A DNA stretch of 64,000 nucleotides, from the NCBI GenBank assembly GCA_021771115.1, contig JAETPP010000001.1, forward strand, positions 12,746 to 76,745. The letters are read 5' to 3'. The position numbers and the translations under genes were made by a program. This document shows, piece after piece, positions 40,201 to 49,349 of this stretch; the first letter of the stretch is position 1, and every line of letters begins with the position of its first letter. The notes beneath the pieces were generated by a model. That model was not told where the DNA came from. It made no database searches and worked only from the letters and a program-made list of their open reading frames with translations. The DNA is from Bacillota bacterium (GTDB lineage: Bacteria > Bacillota > Clostridia > Oscillospirales > Acutalibacteraceae).

Positions 40201-41583
40201 TCAGTTCGGGATCTCCTGTCCTTTTGGAGAGGCCTCCAGCTTTTTCAAAAACCCCAGCAGGAGAATAACGCCTATCAGCGACATGCACACCTCGGAAACC
40301 AGCTGGGCCAGGGAAAGGCCGTAAAGGGGCAGCAGCCAATTCAGCAGATACAGAGCCGGGATCTCCAGCACCACCTTGCGCAGAAGCGCCATAACCAGGG
40401 AGAGCGGCCCTTTCCCCACGGCCTGGAACACCCCCACCGCCAGAAAATCCATGGCGAGAAAGGGAACGGAGATCGCCATGCCCCGCAAAAACCAGCTGCC
40501 GTATTCCACCGTTTGGGGGTCCTGCATAAAGGCCTGCACAATGGGCTGAGAGGCAAAGCAGCAGGCAAGGGCCATCACAGTCAAAACTGAGCCGGAAAGC
40601 AGGGCGGTAAACCGCAGGGTCTTTTTCATGCGCCCGTGCAGCTTTGCCGCATAAGTATAGCCGATCAGGGGCATGACCCCCTGGGAAATACCGTTTCCGA
40701 TATACCAGGGCACCATGCTCACCTTAGAGGCGATCCCCATTGCCGCCAGTGCCGCCGCGCCGAAAGGCGCGGCCAGGTTATTGAGGAGCATATGGCTCAC
40801 CACATTGAGCAGATTCTGAATGGAGGCGGGTACCCCCACCACGCATACGCCCTTAACGATTTTCTTTTTCAGGGTAAATTCCTTCGGAGAAATACAGACA
40901 TAGGTGGAACGCCTTTGAAAAAACAGATACCCGAAAAAGTAAAGGACCGCGCCGCAGTTGGAAAGGAAGGTGGCCAGCGCCGCACCCTCTGCCCCCATGC
41001 CGAAGCCGCCGGGGAGGATGAACAGCGGGTCTAAAAGCGTATTGAGAACGCAGCCGCTCATGGTGCCGATACTGGCGTGAAGGGTGGCGCCTTCAGAGCG
41101 GATCAGATAGGCCATCACAACATTCAAAATCGAGGGGGTGGCCCCCAGGCAGACGGTCCAGAACAAATAGCTTTCCGTGGCGGAGGCGGTAGAGCTGTCC
41201 GCCCCTAAAAGAGAAAGCAGGGGCTGCATCAAAAGCACGCAGAAAACGGAATAGAGAATGCCGCAGAACAGAGAACCGTAAAACCCAAAGGCTGAGCTTT
41301 GCCGAAGGGTTTTCAGGTCCTTCTGCCCCAAAGCCCGGCTCATCATGCTGGAGCTTCCCACGCCGAACAGGTTATTCACGGCGTTAAAGGCCAGCAGCAC
41401 CGGGGCCGCCAGCGTGACCGCCGCCGTCTGCACCGGATCGTTCAGCATTCCCACAAAATAGGTATCTGCCAGGCTGTATAAAAGCGCCACCAGATTGCTG
41501 GCAATGGTGGGGATGGACAGCACCGCCACGGCCTTTGAGATCTTTTCCCGCTCGAACAGCTCAAGCTTTCTGTCGTTCGTCAT
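40201..41583 (-). CDS. MATE family efflux transporter
   Basis: YSLADTYFVG, LNTLLDPLFI, GAEGAALAT; many TM helices. Confidence 0.92.
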   Translation of the reverse strand: MTNDRKLELFEREKISKAVAVLSIPTIASNLVALLYSLADTYFVGMLNDPVQTAAVTLAAPVLLAFNAVNNLFGVGSSSMMSRALGQKDLKTLRQSSAFGFYGSLFCGILYSVFCVLLMQPLLSLLGADSSTASATESYLFWTVCLGATPSILNVVMAYLIRSEGATLHASIGTMSGCVLNTLLDPLFILPGGFGMGAEGAALATFLSNCGAVLYFFGYLFFQRRSTYVCISPKEFTLKKKIVKGVCVVGVPASIQNLLNVVSHMLLNNLAAPFGAAALAAMGIASKVSMVPWYIGNGISQGVMPLIGYTYAAKLHGRMKKTLRFTALLSGSVLTVMALACCFASQPIVQAFMQDPQTVEYGSWFLRGMAISVPFLAMDFLAVGVFQAVGKGPLSLVMALLRKVVLEIPALYLLNWLLPLYGLSLAQLVSEVCMSLIGVILLLGFLKKLEASPKGQEIPN

Positions 41584-41719
41584 ATTCTGCTCCTTTCGAA
41601 AGATACTTTCCGCTTTGCTCTTTCCTTTTCCAAAACCAAAGCCTTCCTTCCCGTATTTTCCGGAAAAGGCGGCATATAATGATATCATGTAAAAATCTGC
41701 CTGGAAAGGACTGGATATC

Positions 41720-42184
41720 ATGATACGCTGGAAGCCCTTTTGGATCAATCTCCTTCTACCTTTGGCAGTCGGTGGATTATCCGCATTTCTGACCTCCGAT
41801 TCCATGGAGGTTTATCAATTTCTTCGCCAGCCGCCCCTTTCCCCGCCAGGGTGGCTTTTTCCCATTGTGTGGACCATTCTCTATCTGCTGATGGGGATTG
41901 CCGCGTACCTGGTCTGGGTGCGGGACAGCACGGGAAGAAACGGCGCGCTGCTTTTTTACGGCCTTCAGCTGGCCTTTAACTTCGTTTGGACCCTGATTTT
42001 TTTCAACCTGCAAAATTACGGCCTTGCCCTGCTCTGGATCCTGATCCTCTGGGTGCTGATCCTGATTACCACCATTCGTTTCTTCCGGGAAACAAAGGCG
42101 GCGGGCTGGCTGATGCTCCCCTATCTGCTGTGGGTGAGCTTTGCCGTTTATCTCAATGCCGGTGTCTGGCTTTTGAACCGCTGA
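41720..42184 (+). CDS. tspO: TspO/MBR family protein
   Basis: PPGWLFPIVWTILY, PYLLWVSFAVYLN. Confidence 0.92.
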   Translation: MIRWKPFWINLLLPLAVGGLSAFLTSDSMEVYQFLRQPPLSPPGWLFPIVWTILYLLMGIAAYLVWVRDSTGRNGALLFYGLQLAFNFVWTLIFFNLQNYGLALLWILILWVLILITTIRFFRETKAAGWLMLPYLLWVSFAVYLNAGVWLLNR

Positions 42185-42194
42185 GCATATTGGG

Positions 42195-44180
42195 CTAGCC
42201 GCTTAGAGCGGAACGGGCGGCCAGAATAAACCGGGAGCGATCCAGGGGATCCGGCCCAATGCGTTCTCTTGTTTCGCCCACGCCCTCGGGGCAATCCTCA
42301 TAACGGAAAAACTGGGAACCGTACACACCGGTACCGGCGGTGCAGGCGGCAAATTCCACCGGGATATCCATGGCCTCCGCCGCGGGCAGCACCGCTTCCA
42401 GGCGGAACCTTCCCTCTTCTGTCACAGGCGTATCAAACCGGGCGCGGTGGGCCACTAAGAGGCTCACTGTTTTTCCCAGGTATTCCTCCGGAGCGGTAAA
42501 TTCCGCCTTCAGCATGGGCTCTAAAAGCTTGGTCCCCGTGTTGCGCAGCCCATCCAGGATGCCCATGGGCGTGGCGACAAAAAAGTCCAGCGGGTGGGTA
42601 TGTACATTGTGGGATTCTCCATCGATCAGCGTCACCTTCAGATCTGTGACCTGCCAGCCGGAAAGCCCCTGCTCCAGGGCCCTGGGCACGGCGGTCTCCA
42701 CATGGGCCTGATACCGGTAGGGCAGCCTGTTAGGGGACACCTTGCACTCGTATTGAAAGCCGGAGCCCCGGGGCAGCGGCTCTATAAGGAACCGCACCAC
42801 CGCCCAGCAGGGCTTTGGCATGGTATAGGCCTCAAAGCCCTCTCCCGCCGTGACCGGTGTTTCCCGGTAAATGACAGAGGGCTCTCCAAACCGGGCGGAA
42901 AGGCCCCAGCGCTCCTGCAAGAGCGCCTCCAGCACCTCCGCCTGGATCTTTCCGGTAAGCCGCAGCCACACCTCCCGCTTTTCCCGGTTCCACTCGCATT
43001 TGAGAGCGGGATCTTCCTCCTCCAGCTGATACAAAGCTTCCGTCAGGCGGGGCAGCTCTTCCGGCTTTTCCGGCTCTACCCGGCAGAGCATCAAGGGCTC
43101 TGCCAGCCGGTATTCCCGCAGGCCGGGAAGCTCGCTTCCCAGAAGATCTCCCGCCCGCACAGAGGAAAGGCCGTACACCACGGCGATATCGTTTGCTTCG
43201 ACTGCTTCCGCGTCTTCCAGCCGCCGCCCCTCTACTCTGCGGACTCTGGATATTTTTTCCTTGGGAGCTTCCGTCTGCCCGTTCTCTTTTTTATTTTGCA
43301 GCACCGCCACAGACTGGCGGTTTTGCAGCCTGCCCGAAAACAGCCGTACATAGGCGGCCTTCCCCAGGGAAGGGTCCCGTTCTACCTTATAGACCCGGGC
43401 GCACAGGGCTTCTCCCGGCACAGGCGATCCACGCAGAAGGTCACACAAGGCACTGAGCAGCTCCGGCACGCCCCGCCCGTATTTGGAAGCCCCGCAAAAG
43501 GCGGGCAGCAGCCTGTCTTTTCCGATGTTGTCCCGCAGGCTGTCCCACAGGGAAGCAGACAGACTTTCCCCGCCGGAAAGCAGCTCTTCCAGAAGATTGT
43601 CGTCTCCGCAGGCCAGCACGGCTTTTTCCAGCCAGGCGGGATCGGAAGGATCTATGGAACAAACTTCCACCGCTTCCGTTCCCTCCCCCACCGCAGTGCA
43701 GAAGGGCAGGCAGGGAACTCCCGCTTCCCGCTCTGCCTGGGAAAGGACGCTTTCCCAGCGGCTTCCGGCGCGATCCAGCTTATTGAAAAAAAGAAAGCAG
43801 GGCAGCTTAGCCCGGCGAAAAGCCTCCAGCAGCATTCTGGTTTGGGGCTGCACCCCCTCCACGGCGGAGATCACCAGAACCGCCGCATCCAGCACGGAAA
43901 GGGAACGCTCCACCTCGCTTAAAAAATCCGCATGGCCCGGGGCGTCGATCAAATTCAGCCTCACGCCCTTCCACAAAACGGAAGCACAGGCTGTACGCAC
44001 GGAAATTCCCCGCCTGCGCTCGATCTCCATGGTATCTGTGCTGGCGGTGCCGTGGTCCACGCTTCCGGCAGCGCGGATCGCCCCGCTTTGAAACAGGATC
44101 TGCTCCGTCAGTGTGGTTTTGCCCGCGTCGGCATGGGCCACGATCCCCAAATTCAAGATCTTCTGTTTTTTCTCTTCCAT
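42195..44180 (-). CDS. TetM/TetO-like (EF-G superfamily) translational GTPase of unknown specificity
   Basis: AHADAGKTT, ERRRGIS, DAPGH, NKLD, EEDP, LLEP; five-domain size. Confidence 0.82.
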   Translation of the reverse strand: MEEKKQKILNLGIVAHADAGKTTLTEQILFQSGAIRAAGSVDHGTASTDTMEIERRRGISVRTACASVLWKGVRLNLIDAPGHADFLSEVERSLSVLDAAVLVISAVEGVQPQTRMLLEAFRRAKLPCFLFFNKLDRAGSRWESVLSQAEREAGVPCLPFCTAVGEGTEAVEVCSIDPSDPAWLEKAVLACGDDNLLEELLSGGESLSASLWDSLRDNIGKDRLLPAFCGASKYGRGVPELLSALCDLLRGSPVPGEALCARVYKVERDPSLGKAAYVRLFSGRLQNRQSVAVLQNKKENGQTEAPKEKISRVRRVEGRRLEDAEAVEANDIAVVYGLSSVRAGDLLGSELPGLREYRLAEPLMLCRVEPEKPEELPRLTEALYQLEEEDPALKCEWNREKREVWLRLTGKIQAEVLEALLQERWGLSARFGEPSVIYRETPVTAGEGFEAYTMPKPCWAVVRFLIEPLPRGSGFQYECKVSPNRLPYRYQAHVETAVPRALEQGLSGWQVTDLKVTLIDGESHNVHTHPLDFFVATPMGILDGLRNTGTKLLEPMLKAEFTAPEEYLGKTVSLLVAHRARFDTPVTEEGRFRLEAVLPAAEAMDIPVEFAACTAGTGVYGSQFFRYEDCPEGVGETRERIGPDPLDRSRFILAARSALSG

Positions 44181-44254
44181 ATCGCGATACGCTCCAGAAT
44201 TCAGTGGTCGATCATCAGGCGTTAGTTGTCAAAAAAGAGCGAAAAGGTATTCCC

Positions 44255-44299
44255 CACGCCCTTTCAGTATCCAGCGTCTAGCATCCAGCATCTAGTATA
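44255..44299. repeat. GCCCTT plus (TCYAGCR)n heptamer module
   Basis: GTATCCAGCGTCTAGCATCCAGCATCTAGTAT. Confidence 0.75.
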
Positions 44300-44323
44300 T
44301 CATGCCGCTTTGGAAAAGAAAAG

Positions 44324-44352
44324 TTGAAAAAACTTTTAAGTTATGCTATACT
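44324..44352 (+). promoter_or_regulatory. sigA promoter of the CorC-family gene
   Basis: TTGAAA-17-TATACT with extended TG. Confidence 0.7.
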
Positions 44353-44392
44353 ATAATGCAAATCTATAGAAAAGGTAGTGGTTTTTCCTTTT

Positions 44393-45664
44393 ATGGACAG
44401 TCACAGTACGACGCTTATTTTAATTTTGATCGTTCTTGTCATTCTTTCCGGGTATTTTTCCGCCACGGAAACCGCTTTTTCCTCTTTAAACCGGATCCGC
44501 ATCAAAAACCTTGCGGCAGGCGGGAACAAGCGGGCGAAGCTTACTTACGCTCTTTCGGAAAATTACGATGAGCTGCTTTCCACGATTCTCATCGGAAACA
44601 ACCTGGTAAACATCGCTTCCACCGCCATTGCCACAGTGCTTTTCACTTCCGCTTTGGGGGCAAGCGCCGGACCCACGGTCTCCACCATCGTGATGACTGT
44701 GGTGGTGCTGATCTTCGGTGAGATCAGCCCGAAAAGCCTGGCAAAAGAAAACGCCGAGGGCTTTGCCATGATCTCCGCCCCTATGATCCGCATTTTGATC
44801 GTGCTCTTAAAGCCAATCAATTTCCTTTTTACGCAGCTGAAAAAGGCTTTGAAAAAGCTGTTCCGAGTCAGCTCCAGCCATTCGGTGACGGACAGCGAGC
44901 TGCTGACTATTGTGGAGGAGGCCGAGCAGGAGGGCGGCATTGACGAGGACGAAAGCGCCATGCTTCGCAATGTCATTGAATTTGACGATATAGAGGCCAT
45001 CGATATCATGACCCCCCGGGTAGATGTGGAAGCCATTTCGAAGGACACGCCCAAGGAAGAGATCGCCCGGCTGTTCCGGGAAACCGGCTACTCCCGGCTT
45101 CCGGTTTACGAGGAAAGCATTGACAGCATTATCGGCGTGATCCATGAGAAAAACTTTTACTCTTATGTGTGGGGAACGGACAGCTCCATTGAAAGCATAT
45201 TAAAGCCCGCGGAATTCATTCCCCCTTCCATGAAGATCTCCGCCCTGTTAAAGCTTTTGCAGCAGAATAAGCTCCACATGGCGGTGATCGTGGATGAATT
45301 CGGCGGCACAGAAGGCATTGTTACCTTGGAGGATGTGATCGAAGAGCTGGTGGGCGAAATTTGGGACGAGCACGATACCGTGATCCAAAAAGCCTTCCAA
45401 AAGCTGGGGGAAGACACCTATCAGATCCATTGCTCCGCCGATTTGGACGATTTGTTTGATTTTTTCCATATCCAGTGTGAAACCGAAGCCTCCACCATCA
45501 ACGGCTGGTTCACGGAAAACCTGGACCGCATTCCGGAAACGGGAGATTCCTTTGAGTATGAGGGGCTGCTCTTCACCGTGACAAAAGCGGAGAATAACCG
45601 CGCGGAGGAGATCACCGTAAAAGGTCAGCCGCTGCCGGAAGAACAGGACGAAGAAGAAAACTGA
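44393..45664 (+). CDS. HlyC/CorC (CNNM-CBS-CorC) transporter
   Basis: FSATETAF, LIGNNLVN, GEISPK, IMTPR, VDEFGG.EGIVTLEDVIEELVGEI. Confidence 0.93.
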   Translation: MDSHSTTLILILIVLVILSGYFSATETAFSSLNRIRIKNLAAGGNKRAKLTYALSENYDELLSTILIGNNLVNIASTAIATVLFTSALGASAGPTVSTIVMTVVVLIFGEISPKSLAKENAEGFAMISAPMIRILIVLLKPINFLFTQLKKALKKLFRVSSSHSVTDSELLTIVEEAEQEGGIDEDESAMLRNVIEFDDIEAIDIMTPRVDVEAISKDTPKEEIARLFRETGYSRLPVYEESIDSIIGVIHEKNFYSYVWGTDSSIESILKPAEFIPPSMKISALLKLLQQNKLHMAVIVDEFGGTEGIVTLEDVIEELVGEIWDEHDTVIQKAFQKLGEDTYQIHCSADLDDLFDFFHIQCETEASTINGWFTENLDRIPETGDSFEYEGLLFTVTKAENNRAEEITVKGQPLPEEQDEEEN

Positions 45665-45676
45665 ACATTTTCATAA

Positions 45677-45719
45677 GAAAAGCTCCTTTCACGCCTAAAA
45701 GGCGTGAAAGGAGCTTTTT
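45677..45719. terminator. Bidirectional terminator
   Basis: AAAAGCTCCTTTCACGCC-TAAAA-GGCGTGAAAGGAGCTTTT. Confidence 0.88.
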
Positions 45720-45749
45720 CGTTGGATAACCAATAAGCCCGCCGAAAAA

Positions 45750-46256
45750 TCAAACAAGGCGGATCTGCTTTTGCAGCTTTTCCAGGCCCAGCCGCAGAGG
45801 ATAGTACAGGAAAAGGCACAGCAGAAAATTGAACACGGCATGGTTGCAGTCAAAGTAGAAGCCGCTGGCGATCCAGGAAAGAATGGCGGGAAAGCTCCAC
45901 ATAGGCCAATAGACCAGAGAGCACAGCGTACCGAAAGCCAATCCATACAAGCCGGCAAAAATCGCCCACTGCCAGGTGTGCTTCATCCAGTGGAACAGCC
46001 AGGTAAGCAGGGCTAAAAGCGGCCAGATATACAGGTACATGACCCACCAGATCCCAAATCCGTAAAGCAAGCCCTCCAGCAACAGGAACACGCACAGGGC
46101 TCCGATCACCCTTCTGCGGAACACCAGGGTGAACAGAATAATGAGAAGCGTAATAAGCTCCACATTGGGCAAAAACGCCACCGCCTCTTTGGAAACAACC
46201 AATACCACGCCCATCATGGCCATCAGGCAGAGGTCGAGCAGCCTGACTTTCATCAA
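45750..46256 (-). CDS. ECF transporter S-component, CbrT-like (cobalamin)
   Basis: LPNVELIT motif, about 5 TM helices, under a B12 riboswitch. Confidence 0.72.
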   Translation of the reverse strand: MMKVRLLDLCLMAMMGVVLVVSKEAVAFLPNVELITLLIILFTLVFRRRVIGALCVFLLLEGLLYGFGIWWVMYLYIWPLLALLTWLFHWMKHTWQWAIFAGLYGLAFGTLCSLVYWPMWSFPAILSWIASGFYFDCNHAVFNFLLCLFLYYPLRLGLEKLQKQIRLV

Positions 46257-46675
46257 TAGCCTACCGTGAGGGTAAGCTCATAAACATCGCCGTCCGCGAT
46301 CTTTACGCCGTCCACGCCGGTATTGACCTGTTCTCCGCCCTTTGTCAGGCACCACCATTCCTGGTTGCCGTCGTCAACGGTTTCGCCATCTACTGTTTTC
46401 ACGAAAAGGCCGTATTCGCTTTCTTCGCCCTCTACCAGCTTTTCCTGCTCCAGGGCTTCTCTGAGGGTCTCGCCCTCTGCGGCAATGGCGAATTCCTTTT
46501 CGCTGCCGTCCTTATGCACGACCTTTACGGTAATATTTTTGGCGGCGGCAGATACAGCGGAACCCTGCTGAGAGGAGGAGTTCGAGTTTCCTGCGCAGCC
46601 GGCCAGCATGCTGACAGCCAGAAGCAAGGCCAGCAGCAGTGAAAAAATTCTGATTTCTTTTGTATGTCTCTTCAT
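46253..46675 (-). CDS. DUF4430 (transcobalamin C-terminal-like) lipoprotein
   Basis: Lipobox LAGC; YGLFVKTVDG...WW...NTGVD..I.DGD. Confidence 0.8.
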   Translation of the reverse strand: MKRHTKEIRIFSLLLALLLAVSMLAGCAGNSNSSSQQGSAVSAAAKNITVKVVHKDGSEKEFAIAAEGETLREALEQEKLVEGEESEYGLFVKTVDGETVDDGNQEWWCLTKGGEQVNTGVDGVKIADGDVYELTLTVGY

Positions 46676-46897
46676 GTCTTGATCCCTTTCCTTCTGTTGT
46701 TTTTGAGCCGAATACAAACTCGGCTTTTTTGAGCTTTCCTGAAAAAGCTTCAACTAAAAAAGGGTGGTCGCCTGAAACGATAATAGTACCAACCGTTCCG
46801 CAGTCCGCATCAGGCAGGAACGCAGCGCTTGAAGAGCACAACGGCTTTCAAACGGCTCCTGCGTAAAACGCCAGTTACCCGTGGTATTTTACGCGGC

Positions 46898-47132
46898 CCT
46901 CCAGGCAAGTCTTTCGGCTTAGGCGATGCCCGGCTGCTTCGGCAGCCGGGCGCACGCTGTTTCCCCTTCCCGGCATTTGCCAGTGGGCGGCAAGTTGTAA
47001 AAACCGCTTCCTGGTACGGTTTTCACGGCTTGCCATGAAAAAGCGCTGCGCCATCACGGCGACGGGTTCGCCGGGGAATTTCACCCCTGTTCCTGTGTTC
47101 AGCTGCGGGATCTTCCGCAGGCACCTGGAGCC
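46898..47132 (-). ncRNA. Cobalamin riboswitch
   Basis: AGGTGC..ACAGGAACAGGGGTGAAATTCCCC..GCCGTGA..CCACTGG..CCGGGAAG..AAGCCGAAAGACTTGCC; P1 CTCCAGG/CCTGGAG; TTGACT-17-TATCAT promoter at 47145-47173. Confidence 0.9.
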
Positions 47133-47446
47133 CCAACGGGCATTATGATACCCTAACAAAAGAAAAAAGTCAACTGGGTGATCGGATATTTTATTGGGGA
47201 TGGATACCGAATGATGAAGAAAGGCAAGGGCAATGAATGAGCAATTAGCAATGACGGGTGTTTCCTTTCTGTCATTTTGAGCAATACGCACTGAGTAAAA
47301 ACAAATTACAGGGGTACATTTGCCGAGTTACAATTCAGCTTTCTCTCTGTAAAGATAAGGTTTTTGCAAAAACGCCGCAAGCTCAAAAGCATTTGCAGCG
47401 GCGCGGCGTCAGTGGCCGGAGCTTGATGGTTCGAATCCGCCTCCGT

Positions 47447-47492
47447 TTACAAGCATAGAAGCCGCCCTTTTGGACGGCTTCTATGCTTGTAA
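47447..47492. terminator. Long hairpin downstream of the DUF3795 gene
   Basis: TTACAAGCATAGAAGCCG...CGGCTTCTATGCTTGTAA (18-bp stem). Confidence 0.6.
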
Positions 47493-47522
47493 TAATGAAG
47501 CGTATAGATGTCATGTAAGATA

Positions 47523-48062
47523 TTACTTTTTAATCAATTTCAATTCTATATTTCTTCTGGCGGCAAGCTTTTGAAAAACCTCCACCACGAACAAGCATTG
47601 TTCATGAAACGGCATGGAGGCCAATTCGCCATTGGCTTCAATCTGCTCCATTGCTTCTTTCAGCTCTGAAAGCTCTAACAAATTGACCGCCACACAAAAG
47701 AAGGTTTTTCTGCGCCCGTCATTGTAATCGGAAAGCAAACGAGAAAGAATCCGCATTTTTTCCTGCTGCTCAAGATTATATTGTTCCATACCTATGCTTT
47801 GCGCCTTATCTAAATCCGCTTTTCGGCGTCTATGTGTGATAAAGGAGTCATATTCATCGATGTGTTGATATTTATCGCATGGATATTTTTTGCACTCATA
47901 GCAATACTCAACCTTACCATGTTCCAGACTGCACTTCGCGATTTTGCACGATTGATTCCCATTCCCGCAGCCGCCGCAGTAATTGCCCAACAGCATGGGA
48001 CACAGCCCGCAATTCAAGCCGCAAAGAGAAAATAATTGATTTTCCCGCTGAAATCCTTTCAC
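47523..48062 (-). CDS. DUF3795-like Cys-rich protein
   Basis: CGLNCGLCP..CGGC..CKIAKC..YCYECKKYPC; RBS GGAGGTGA before GTG. Confidence 0.8.
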   Translation of the reverse strand: MKGFQRENQLFSLCGLNCGLCPMLLGNYCGGCGNGNQSCKIAKCSLEHGKVEYCYECKKYPCDKYQHIDEYDSFITHRRRKADLDKAQSIGMEQYNLEQQEKMRILSRLLSDYNDGRRKTFFCVAVNLLELSELKEAMEQIEANGELASMPFHEQCLFVVEVFQKLAARRNIELKLIKK

Positions 48063-48338
48063 TATGTCACCTCCCAATGTTGTAAAAACTGACAGAGCGA
48101 CCCCTTGGCGGCTTGTCAGCTTATCTTGTGGTTCCCGTTCAAAATAGATATTTTCAGCGCGGGCCGCGCGGTAAAACATAGAAAAAACCTAGCAGCGCAC
48201 GGCTTGCTCACCGCAGGTGTTTGGTTCCAACACAAAACGGATGTTTTCGCTCCCTTTTGAAAAATGATCCAGTATCTATGCAGATTTTAGGCTTTGCAAA
48301 ACTGTGTGATACAAAAAAGATGTCCTTTGCCCTTGACC

Positions 48339-48507
48339 GTGAAATATCCTTCGGATATGAAATAATGCCCATCGGGCATTGTGAAATTTTCCGCTTGCGC
48401 GGAAAGTGAAATGAAATAAATCCCTTCACGCCGACAGGCATTTCACATGGCGAAGCCATATTTCACGCCCGCAGGGCATTTCACAAATCCCGGCAGGGAT
48501 TTATTTC
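48339..48507. repeat. Array of GTGAAAT/ATTTCAC heptamers separated by distinct mini-hairpins
   Basis: 4 RTGAAAT then 3 ATTTCAC (plus partial copies); each spacer is self-complementary. Confidence 0.85.
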
Positions 48508-48510
48508 GTT

Positions 48511-48544
48511 GAAAAAAGCACTTGCAGAAGCAAGTGCTTTTTTC
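48511..48544 (-). terminator. Terminator of tRNA-Leu
   Basis: GAAAAAAGCACTTGC-AGAA-GCAAGTGCTTTTTTC. Confidence 0.85.
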
Positions 48545-48628
48545 TGGTGCGGGTAACAGGATTTGAACCTGCACGGGGGTGCCACCAGAACCTAACTCTG
48601 GCGCGTCTGCCAATTCCGCCATACCCGC
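48545..48628 (-). tRNA. tRNA-Leu(TAG)
   Basis: GCGGGTATGGCGGAATTGGCAGACGC-CCAGA-GTTAGGT-TCTGG, long variable arm, GGTTCAAATCC, ACCA. Confidence 0.94.
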
Positions 48629-48770
48629 GGGAAATCAGCCTGTAGGCTGACCTGTTTATTATAATGCACCGGCTGGGAAACTGCAAGAGAAATCTTTTTG
48701 CCGCCTTTTTCTTCCCCGGCCGATCGTCTTTTCTTTGCTTTGATGCGCAAAGCATCACTTTTCTAACAGA

Positions 48771-48802
48771 CAAAGGCGCGCAGGTAAACTTGCGCGCCTT
48801 TG
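48771..48802 (-). terminator. Terminator downstream of mazF
   Basis: CAAAGGCGCGCAGGT-AA-ACTTGCGCGCCTTTG. Confidence 0.7.
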
Positions 48803-48841
48803 CTTTGAGAAAACCTACTTTTCGCTTTCCTTCCCTTTGGC

Positions 48842-49189
48842 CTATGTAGGCAGGCCGAAGCTGATGGAAAGCGCTTGGTTCACCCGGTTCATGGAGCCGG
48901 TATCCAAACGGCCCATTTTTTCCTTGAGACGGTGCTTATCTAACGTGCGCACCTGCTCCAGAAGTACTACGGAATCCTTTAAGAGACCGGTGTTTTCCGC
49001 GTTTACTTCAATATGAGTAGGCAGGTTCGCCTTATCGTGCTGGCTGGTGATCGCCGCGGCGATCACGGTGGGGCTGAATTTATTGCCCACATCGTTCTGC
49101 ACGATGAGTACCGGGCGAACGCCGCCCTGCTCTGAGCCCACGACAGGGCTCAGATCCGCATAATAAATATCTCCTCGATGGACTATCAC
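48842..49189 (-). CDS. mazF: PemK/MazF family endoribonuclease toxin (NdoA-like)
   Basis: [44 protein letters not shown]. Confidence 0.93.
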   Translation of the reverse strand: MIVHRGDIYYADLSPVVGSEQGGVRPVLIVQNDVGNKFSPTVIAAAITSQHDKANLPTHIEVNAENTGLLKDSVVLLEQVRTLDKHRLKEKMGRLDTGSMNRVNQALSISFGLPT

Positions 49190-49349
49190 GATTCTGACCT
49201 TCCTCTCTCCGGTTCAGGCGATTTACTTTTAGTTTTGCCTGACTTTGGGAGCTTTAATCAAGAAACTGGAAATTTTCAGGGGAGGTTTCCCCTTCCTTCT
49301 CAGTTTATAGAGAAAGGCCCTTTTTGGTTCCTGCTGTCCCGCCGAAGCG

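Noticed and set aside
42195-44180. Bona fide tetracycline resistance gene
   Set aside because: It lacks the YSPVST domain IV loop and any mobile context.
47428-47438. attR duplicate of tRNA-Leu, or an additional tRNA
   Set aside because: Opposite orientation to the tRNA, no acceptor or anticodon arms, and no integrase.
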